A program made the position numbers and the translations under genes. The notes under the pieces were generated by a model. It worked only from the letters and a program-made list of their open reading frames with translations. It searched no databases and was not told the DNA's origin. A stretch of DNA of 64,000 nucleotides from the human T2T-CHM13v2.0 reference genome, Homo sapiens, in NCBI RefSeq assembly GCF_009914755.1, contig NC_060930.1. One strand, given 5' to 3'. Below are positions 53,681-64,000 of the stretch, piece after piece; position 1 is the first letter of the stretch; each line of letters starts with the position of its first letter.

Positions 53681-55251
53681 TCTGGTAGGGTCACTCCAGT
53701 TTAATCAAACTCCATTAGGGCCAACATAGAGATTCAAACATCTAAAGTCCTAGGATATGAAAAATAGAAAGATATGAATAGGAATATATGAAAAATAGAA
53801 AATAGAACATTTTTCTAAGTATGAAATTATTCCCTGAGTCATTTAAGTTATTTCTAGTTATCAAAACATGACTCTTGCCAACACTTTTATTGTGTCGTTC
53901 TCAATTGTGGCAGTCTTAGCTTCTTTTACTCTGGCTTTTCTGGCTGCAGAAAGAATGACAGTAAACCTTAAGTCACTGAAGCTAAAGACAGGCTACGTTA
54001 TGAGGAAACAGAACATTACTCTGCCTAAGACTGACTAATAATAGTAAGATTTGATGAACTCCAAAAAGCCTAGGTTAACAATTTCTGTGTTCTAGTGCTA
54101 TGCTAAGTGATGGAACTAAATACTTTTTAGGATCCTTCTTCCCTTGTGAGGACCCTATCCACAGAGCTTTCACAGACTCTTTCTACTGCCAATGAGGAAA
54201 TTTACCAAAAAAGGTCCTTGCTATCTTTTCTAAAGAGGCAATGAGTAAAATTGTGTCTTTTACAAAGATATCATCTGTAAACTATTTTCAGTAGGAAAAA
54301 AGCCAGAAAAATTTTCCTGAATCTATCCTTGGTGCTAATTGGGTATGACTTTGTGTGCAGGGGATACATTTTCTGCCCTTTCCATAATTTGAATGATCAT
54401 CTATCTAGCTGCATTACAGTATGCTGCCTGCAGTGTTCTCCTTTGCAATAGTCCAAGTAAATAAAACATAGCTGATCTAAATGCTTCCATTCATAATTGA
54501 TTTGAGGAATGTATAACCTGTAGTTTTTTTGGGGGGGCGGTTAGAGAAATTGTATGGGTATCTCTGTTTATATTACTTTGGAAATATTTTATTTCATAAA
54601 TACTAAAAACCTGAGTAGAAGGTCATTTAGTTCAAGTTTGACAACAGAAACTTGTTTCATATCAGCCTTAATTATTACATTCAGTCGATTTTTTTATGAC
54701 TCAAGGACCCACTTCCTACCACTTCCTTTGATAGAAAAAATATCTAAATGTAAGAGATGAAAGCATAGGAAAGTTTTTCACATTTAGACTGAATTGTCTT
54801 GTTATTCAGACAGTCCTCACCCTTTTGTTTTCACTTCTTAGATATTTGTTAAAACTCACTAGTTATATTGACTAGTAGAAACCATAGATGTGATTTAGAC
54901 ATGACATAGAAGAAACCATGACAAACCATAGACATGATGCTTTAAAATAATGGCCCTGCTGGTTTGATCGTTGATACTTCTTTCTGATGGGCCCTATTTA
55001 GATGTGTGTGTGCATGCATGTTTTGCACTTGTCCCGAGGTGAGTGAAAATGGAAGTGGTGTTTTAAAGATGAACTTTCTGTATAAAAGCAAGTTGTAAAT
55101 GTCTGTTCTCTATTTCTAGGAGCAGCTCTTTAAAATATGCTTCTGATCCTTTCTTATTAGATGTCATGTTGTACACCAGCAGCTCATTTGCTGTTCCACA
55201 GCTTGGGTCTCCAGATCTTAATGACTCATACCGGCTGTTGTCCCCCTACAG

Positions 55252-55407
55252 GTTATCCAGGCTGTCTTTTTTGGCATCTGTGTGCTGACTGATCTTTCCA
55301 GTCTTCTGACTCGAGGAAGTGGGAACCAGGAGCAAGAGAGGCAGCTCAAGAAGCTCATCTCTCTCCGGGACTGGATGTTAGCTGTGTTGGCCTTTCCTGT
55401 TGGGGTT
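55252..55407 (+). CDS. AIG1: Internal coding exon (exon 2) of androgen-induced gene 1 protein, a multi-pass membrane Thr/His (FAHFA) hydrolase
   Basis: Acceptor tccccctacAG|GTT at 55250-51 and donor GTT|GTGAGT at 55408. 52 codons, [52 protein letters not shown], match my recollection of human AIG1 residues 48-99. Phase 0/0. Confidence 0.95.
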
Positions 55408-55503
55408 GTGAGTATGATGGAGGATGCATTTAGCCACAAAAGAAACTTGGCTCTTATTTCAGACTTCTAAGAGAAAAAAAAAGAGTTCATTATAAGAGGT
55501 TTC

Positions 55504-55892
55504 TGTATTATTAGTTTGCTGGAGCTGTCAGTACCACAGATGCGGTGGCTTAAACAACAAACATTTATTTTCTCGTAGTTCTGGAGGCTGAAGTCTGAGA
55601 TGCAGTTGTCCACAGGGTTCGTTTCTTCTGAGGCCTCTCTCCCCTTGGCTTGCAGACAGCGCCTTCTGACTGTGTCTTCACACACTCATCCCTCTGTGCC
55701 TGTCTTTGCCTAAACTTCCTATTTTTATAAGGTATAGCAGTCATATTAGATTAGGGCCCCCTAATGACCTCATTCAACCATATATAATCACCTCTTGAGA
55801 AACCCAGTCTCCAAATACAGTCACATTGTGAGATTCTGGGGGTTAGGGCTTCCACATATGAATTTTGCAGAGGACACAATTCAGTCTATCAG
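55504..55892 (-). mobile_element. MLT1B-like MaLR solo LTR
   Basis: ggtggcttaaacaaca..gttctggaggctgaagtctgagat..ggacacaattcagtc. Confidence 0.82.
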
Positions 55893-57028
55893 TTTCTTAA
55901 GCAGCCCAAACTTGAAAGGTAGGGTCCTTGGGTCAACCAGGCTTTTGAACTTGGGAGAGGAGATCAGTATTAGCTCATACTTCTTCAGTTACCCAGCTGT
56001 GCCATTAGCTACTATCACTGAAGTAAATGCCTCTTAATGTTTGGGTCTGTTTTGACTTCATTGATTTTCATTGTTTTCAGTTAGATTCTCTTCATAACTC
56101 AACTTCCTTCACAAGTCTGTTAATTTTCCATTGTCTGCACATAAACCATGTTTTTTTAAAGGCCCTCAGAGACCCTACAGATTTTAACCTCTGTGTAGCC
56201 AGGAGAAGAGAACTCATATATATCACAAACTGTAAAGATGAGTAAGAAGTTGTTATTTAATTCAAATTCAGACCTTTCATTTGCCAGCTGATTTCGGGGG
56301 AAAACAGAAGTCTCAGTGATGTGGTCTAGCACATGCACCAAGTCCATTGTAGGAAGAATCAGAAAGTTGATCATAAGTCCTTCCAGTGGATTACTCATAT
56401 TTGTCAGGTTTGTAGCTGGTAGAAGGCCCTACATGCTTGCTTTAAGACCAATTAGTAGACACTCAGATGGTCACTGAATTGCTTTTTCTGTGTGCCAAAT
56501 TATATTTTCTTGGATGAAATAAATAGCCCTTAACCCTGAGAAAAACACAATGGCCAGAGAGCATTATAATTTGTTGACACTCCTCATTCCCTCATCCTTG
56601 TCCTCTGAAAACTTAAATAAATGAGTACTCAGATTGAAGCTAACCAGCAAATCTCTCAGATTCCATTGTTTAGCATAGCAGAGTTTAATGCTTTCCATAT
56701 TACTTAATATTTCCTTCTTTGGACTTTCCATATAAAATTCAAATACTTTCTATCAGAATAGTCATCTAAGAGAAAATTTCCATTAGCATAAAGCACAAAG
56801 ATACATACTTTCTGCATAAAAGAATTATCTAGAAAATCTCAGTCTCTCTGTGTGTACATGTATATGCATCTATATCTAATATCTAATATATGCATGTATA
56901 TTATATATATCATGTATACATTTTTTCTTTTTTAACGTCTACTCCCTTGGAATTTCTATAGCCATGTCATTGCCTGTGGAAGCCTTCGTTGGCTAGAAGG
57001 ATTACAATAGTAATACAATAAAAAAGTA

Positions 57029-57389
<361 letters not shown>

Positions 57390-58372
57390 TTATGTCTCTA
57401 CAGGGAAAATTTTGACTTATGTTGTAAATTTTGCTACTCTCCTCAAAAGCTCATGGCATATGCCCTTTAGACATTTTTGACCTTCCTTTGGGGGAAACTT
57501 TTGCACCTGCCTGAAGCTTGAAGTATATGTCAACTCTTGGTGTCTTTCCTAAAGTTATCCCATGTATGTTTCATGGTTTATAAAACAAGTGGTGGCCTTT
57601 TTGTTTAGTTATTTGTTTTAGTACATCTGATATTTTCCTCCATCTATCACTGTCTTTGTTGTTTTGCCTATGTTTTAGAAAAAAGAGGAATAAAAGTGCC
57701 TTTCATCCCCACCCACCCCATCCCTCTTAAACCAGAAGTCCCAGCATCACACTTTCATGGCGTGTGGGTGCAGCTGTCCTAGTGGCTCTCTGACAGCCCA
57801 GCCAGTCCTCATCACTGCGCCAGGGCCTCCCGTGTCACCCAGCACATGGAGGGGATCAGTGCTCTTGAGAATCACAAAAGAAATCAAAGAATAGATAAGG
57901 AATCAGAGATGTGTAACTCACTGATGTTTTTAACTCATTTTTTTTTTGCCCATTGATATTTTGTAGTCACTATTTCCATCTTTCATAATCATCCCTGTTA
58001 CTGTGAGTCACTGTTCCCTTCATAGTTACTAGTCTATTATTTTCCTAAACTTTTAAATGTTCCTTTCAAAGAAAGTGACATTTCTTTCTCTCTTTTCCCC
58101 CCTCCTTTCTCTCTCTCCTCTCCTCTGTTTTAAGAAGAATCTAGGTCAGTATTCTCTAGAAATCATCATATGTTTTCTACTGTTTCTGTCTTGCTATGCT
58201 ATTTGATGTTTTGTATCTATTTATGCAATTTCCACCAGACTTCTCACTCTAATACACAGAAATTCATTTTGAGGCCAAAAAAAGCCTGATAAATTGTTCA
58301 TTCCCAAATCCCATTAATTTTATTGCAAAGTCATATTTATACAATATATGAATGTGCCTCTTTACAAGTATT

Positions 58373-58733
58373 TGTATTTGTCTGTTCTCAGACTGCTAAT
58401 GAAGACATACCCGAGACTTGAGTAATTTATAAAGGAAAGAGGTTTAATTGACTCACAGTTTCACATGGCTGTGGAGGCCTCACAATCATGGGGGAAGCCA
58501 AAGGAGGAGCAAAGTCACGTCTTACATGGTGGCAAGAGAGTGTGTTCAGGGGAACTCCCCTTTATAAAGCCATCAGATCTTGTGAGACTTATTCACTATC
58601 ACGAGAACAGCATGGGAAAAACTCGCCCCCATGATTCAATTACCTCCCACTGGGTCCCTCCCACGACACACAGAGATTATGGGAGCTACAATTCAAGATG
58701 AGATTTGCGTGGGGACACAGCCAAACTATATCA
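58373..58733 (-). mobile_element. THE1 (THE1C-like) solo LTR
   Basis: tgtatttgtctgttctc..gggaactcccctttataaa..ccaaactatatca; TSD GTATT. Confidence 0.88.
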
Positions 58734-60499
58734 GTATTTTAACACAAAATTTTTTTTTCACTAAAACATTTAATTTTGTGATTTTTCGTCTTTCTGTCTC
58801 TAATGTTATTTCCCACCTTTCCTTTCCAAGGTGCTCTGTCTTCACCGTGGCTTCAGAGCTTCCCCTGTCCTTTCTGTACCTTTTTCCCTGTTCCCGCAAC
58901 TGCTCAAAAGGGTCTAGAATCCTGCTGTAGTTTCATTCTTATGACTTAGGACTTTCTTCCTTATTAAAATGCAAACTCTCCCTGGAGCAATGCCACAAGG
59001 AATCACATGAAGAAGCATCATTTTTACTTTTTCTGTGCCTCCTGGCCTGGAATGGAAGTGCCAACCTGGACGGTTCATTACATCAGAAGGATGGAAGAGC
59101 ATTAATGGCCAGGAACTGATGGAAGCAGAATTATGCCTGTAGGAATCTGTAGCATAAAAATGCTTATCATGTGTGCAGATGATTAGTGATAACATTTAGA
59201 AGTAAACATCTTCATCACTTTGGTGGACACAGTCAAAATCCTAAGGGGCAGAATTCTTAAGCACCCTCTCTGTGCCAGGGGAGTACCAGACATCCTATAG
59301 CTACAGGCGCAGAGCCTCAGCTTTGAGTCCTCCTGCAGTCCCCAGAGGCCTCCCCTGCTCTACCACCCTGACTGCTGGGGCACTGCCAACCTTGCAGAGT
59401 GCTTCCCTGGCTATTATCTACTGTCTTTCTTTGCCTACTGCCTTTCTACTTTTTGTCAGTCAGAAGTTGAAAGGGAAAGCAAAGTTATTTTTGCTTCATG
59501 GTGCAGGCAAATGGCATCGGGCATAAAAAGAAAGTAAAGAGTGAATGCATTACCTCTGTACAGCTGGATTTATCAACTTTGCACAAGTTTTCCTGAAGAG
59601 ACCTATTGGCCCCTGAGCTTTTCCTGATGCTCCCATTATCAGTCTCTTTCTTTCTCTCTCACCTCAGCTGAAACCATGGCAGCAAGAAAGACATGGGTGG
59701 TTTATCTGGGATTTGTATTTTCTACATTAATGCTTCCTCCAGTAACGAGGTTAATTGAGAGTTGACAGTAATTGCTGTATGTGAGCATGAAGCCCTAAAT
59801 ATGATTTTGTGACCCATGCACCTAGTGCATCCACTTCATGGTCTCTGTTCATCTCAAGGATACATAAAAATCATGAAACATTCCAATCAAAGATAATTGG
59901 AGGAAAGTTTTATTTCAGCATAACCTAGAAGAAATCAGGCAGGGTTGCTTGGATGAACATGGCATGTATCATCCTGATTTGTGTAGATTCCCATAAATAC
60001 GAAGCTGGCCTTGATTAGTAATGCTAATGGCCGGAAACCACCACCACTCCCAAAGCCTTGCAACTAATTTTGCAGGGATAACCCATGGGAGGCTCTTCTT
60101 ACCATGTGCAGTTTATTTCTGAACCCTGTCACCCTTTTAAAGAAGCATTACAAATAATTCTATGACATTATGTGGTCTGGAAGCACTGAAGTTTATTAGC
60201 AGCAATCAGACCAAGAATGTCTTTTGTCTCCTGTGAGTTTGTTGACTTTTGTGTTGGCAGATACCATTATGGCTAAGAGACTAGGCTTAGGCTTTTAACC
60301 AAAAAGGGGAGGGGAGGCATGAGAGAAGAGCAGAAACAGCAAATAAATAAATAAATAAAATATATATATATATGAGTTTAATGACTATGAAAGTGCCCCT
60401 CTCAGGAATCTTAAATGTGTCTCCAACTGCCTACCAAAGCAGCCGTTTAATGAAAAAGAACAATTATTTATATATTTTATACATTTTAAACTTTCTGTC

Positions 60500-60788
60500 T
60501 TTGTTTTATAGAGGCAGGGTTTCGCCCTGTTGCCCAGGCTGGAATGTAGTGCAATGATATTTCACTGCAGCCTAAACCCCCTGGGTTTAGGGGTCCTCTC
60601 ACCTCAGTCTCCCAAGTAGCTAGGACTACAGGCATGCACCACTATGCCCTGCTAAGTTAAAAAAATTATTTTGGAGACAGGGGTCCCACTAAATTTCCCA
60701 GGCTGGTCTTGAACTCCTGGCCTCAAATGATTCTCCTGCCTCAGCCTCCTGAGTATCCAGATTACAGGGACAAGCTACCATACCCAGC
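60500..60788 (-). mobile_element. AluJ
   Basis: Diverged reverse dimer. Confidence 0.88.
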
Positions 60789-61689
60789 TAATTATACATT
60801 TTTTATTCATTCTAGATTGTGCATCCTATTCATTTGTAGCTGCTTAACTTGAATAATGCATGTAATCTAACCTCATAACCTCACCAGTACACTTTTGCCC
60901 TGGTGTTGGTTTGGTTGCTCTAGCCCCAGTGCTGGTCTGCTGCATCGCGGTATGAAGATGATAGCCCTTTCTGAGTGGGCCTGAGGAGATCTTGGAGGTT
61001 TTGATCAGTTCTAACCTGGGATGGGTGTCCAGGTTATTAGGAGCAAACTGGCATGTGCCTGTATTAACTTTTCGGAAATTTGACCTTCTTATCTGAGTTT
61101 AGACTCAAAGCTGTTTGTTAAGTAACTATTTTTAGTGTTATAATCATGTCTTGTAAAGACTTAGTGAAGATTTTATAGGTATCAACCTATTCTAGAATCC
61201 TTTAAAACTTGATTTTACTTGTAATGGGACTGTATGGTATCTGCTTCCTTAGGAAACATGGAAAATGGATTTAAAATCTCAAATGCAAACTCAAAGAAAA
61301 AGTATATTGCTATTGTTTTAAACAAGTAATTCCCAAAAGTCTTCGTTTGTTGACATAGTAGCTAATTCTAAGCTATCTTTAAGAGGTTTTGAGATGCATA
61401 TAAATTTAGATAGTCATAAACCTACAACTTAAAAATCGCAGTTTCATTACTGATTTTTAAATGAAAGAGATTGGCTTAAATGGGAAACCAGAAAATTAAT
61501 ATTGATGACTAATATTAAGGTCTGTTAATATAACACATAAAGGAAGAGAATTTGATTCTATTTGAGATTATAAATAAAAGCAAATGTCTTTCCTTCTGTT
61601 TTGATATTAAGGGGGAAATTAAAAAAAATAAATTGTTTACCTTATTCCACAAACTCTGGATTCAACTTAAAAATACACATTTTAAAAAT

Positions 61690-61942
<253 letters not shown>

Positions 61943-61981
<39 letters not shown>
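61943..61981. repeat. (AT)n(AC)n microsatellite at Alu tail
   Basis: atatatatat..tacacacacac. Confidence 0.9.
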
Positions 61982-63039
61982 TTAATATCTTCTGATCCTC
62001 TCTTTATTAAATTTTCACACAGGTACCTAAAGTCAAGACTTTTCTATTTTCTTTAAGCCTTAACTGATGTTTTAAGTTTCTTTAAATGTCCTTTTCCTTT
62101 CTTTTCACCTCTGAAGTTAAAAGTACATCAGCTAGGTCATGTTTTATGGTAGAACCCAGTACACTGCAGGTGGAGTTAATCAAATGCTTGCCCCCTGCAC
62201 TGAAATAAGAAATGTGAATTGAGTTACCTAAGAAGGAAGGTTTATAGATGAGGATTTATTCAAGATCAATAAGGAAAATGAGCCATGTTTTCCCAATACC
62301 AGGAGAAAGACTCAGAAAACTGTAATTACCAAAACTAGGTGAGTGGTCTTACAATTATTTTTTAATAGCTTTTCAAAAGACCAAGGACATCATATGTTTA
62401 AATGTATGTACCTGATAAGAAACCAGGTTGCTTCTCAATCATCTCATATATTCTTTTCTCCTAAATGAGAACCAAAGATTTTCTGCTTAGGTGACCTATT
62501 TAATTTGCACACATTTATGCTAGCTCAGAGTGGTCAGCTTTTTTGATGCTTCCAAGACAAATTTCTTAAACACAATAGTCACACATTAACAAAATTTCAC
62601 ATAGATGCCCACTTTAAAATATATGACAGGGAAAACCGTGCATTTATATGTAGACTGTTCAAAGGACAGAAGTTCTTGTTAAATCAGTGATTATTTGTGG
62701 GACCATGGAGCCTACTGTGTAGCAAGTACTGAGTGCTAAGAGTCAGGATAGTGTTGGCTGAGAATCGATCTGTCCTTCAAAGGTTTCACAGCCTAGGGAG
62801 GGTGGCTTTATAAGCTATATCAATAAGTAAATTAAAATAGGGTGTCATGAGTATAATAATACATGTGTTTAAGGTGCAGAGAAGTATCCCCAAAGAGAGA
62901 GGGGTTAATTTAAGTGGGTGGGAGGTCCTGAAAGACTTCTCAGAAATAATGACATCTAAGCTCTGTTTGAAGAATGACTAAGAACTTATTGGATGTATAA
63001 GTTAATGAGGTATTCAGTTGCAAGTAAGAGAATACCCTC

Positions 63040-63338
63040 AGAAATCCACCTGGCTCACTCTTTCACTTCATTCAAGTCTGCTCAAATAAGCTCAGCAAAG
63101 CTGCTTTGAATGATCTATATGAATTAGCCTCTCATTATTCTCTGTTCCCTTACCTTGCTTTATTTTATCCATGATGATTACCACTACCTGGCATATTATG
63201 TTTATTCTTTTATTTGTGTAGTGTCTATCTTCTCTGACTTAGTTCAGACTCTGTGAGACCAGGGAAGTTGTGTGTTTCATTTACTGCTTTATCCCAGCAT
63301 TAGGAGCAGTGTCTAAATAATTCAATATTAGTTGAGTG
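63040..63338 (+). mobile_element. L2 3' fragment
   Basis: tggctcactctttcacttcattcaagtctgctcaaat..tttactgctttatcccagca. Confidence 0.65.
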
Positions 63339-63442
63339 TAATCCAGCCAACTATGGTTTAAGTAATAAAGATATTTAATATCTCACAAGACGTGGAGCTT
63401 GTTGACAGGCAGTTTCAGGGTGGTATTGCTCAGTATTTTCAT

Positions 63443-63740
<298 letters not shown>

Positions 63741-64000
63741 AGTATTTTCATTTGAGACTTGTACATTTTCTATTATCCACGTCTGTCTTCAGAGTATTAC
63801 CTTTTTGTACTTGGAGTTGCCACCTAAATCCTAAAGAGGGTTAATAAAGCACCAAGCATCACATCCTTCACAACCATGTTCAAGGACAGAAAAGGAAGAA
63901 ACTCTAGGGAGCCCTCCCCCAGTGTATGTCTCTTCATCAGGTGAAGAGATTATTCCCAGAAGCTCCACCTGCAGATTTCACCATAGGTCTCATTGGTCAG

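Noticed and set aside
55282-55470. ORF-track 62-aa ORF as a standalone gene
   Set aside because: It is the AIG1 exon frame read through the GTGAGT donor into the intron; true limits are 55252-55407.

Overview
Primate, almost certainly human, intronic DNA. One real coding exon is visible: a 156-nt phase 0/0 exon at 55252-55407 (+) that I recognise from the protein sequence as exon 2 of AIG1 (androgen-induced 1). The window is therefore AIG1 intron 1, exon 2 and the start of intron 2. Most of the rest is transposon relics: an antisense HERV-W (HERV17/LTR17) processed-pseudogene-type insertion (1-6134), a full-span Tigger1, about 19 Alus, L1/L2/MIR fragments and several solo LTRs. I see no new multi-gene biological system. 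The most unusual structures are (i) a 666-bp non-repeat retrocopy inside Tigger1 with TSD, AATAAA, poly(A) and a twin-priming-type 5' inversion; (ii) an inverted repeat at 45.3-45.4 kb built from copies of a sequence lying 2.4 kb downstream; (iii) HERV-W oddities: an Ile-like PBS, a second divergent pol relic in the leader, a 42-bp in-frame pol duplication and a microhomology gag deletion; (iv) an 18-bp minisatellite inside an Alu head; (v) a near-pristine AluYa-lineage insertion. Repeat subfamily names come from remembered consensus sequences, and boundaries without a TSD are approximate.
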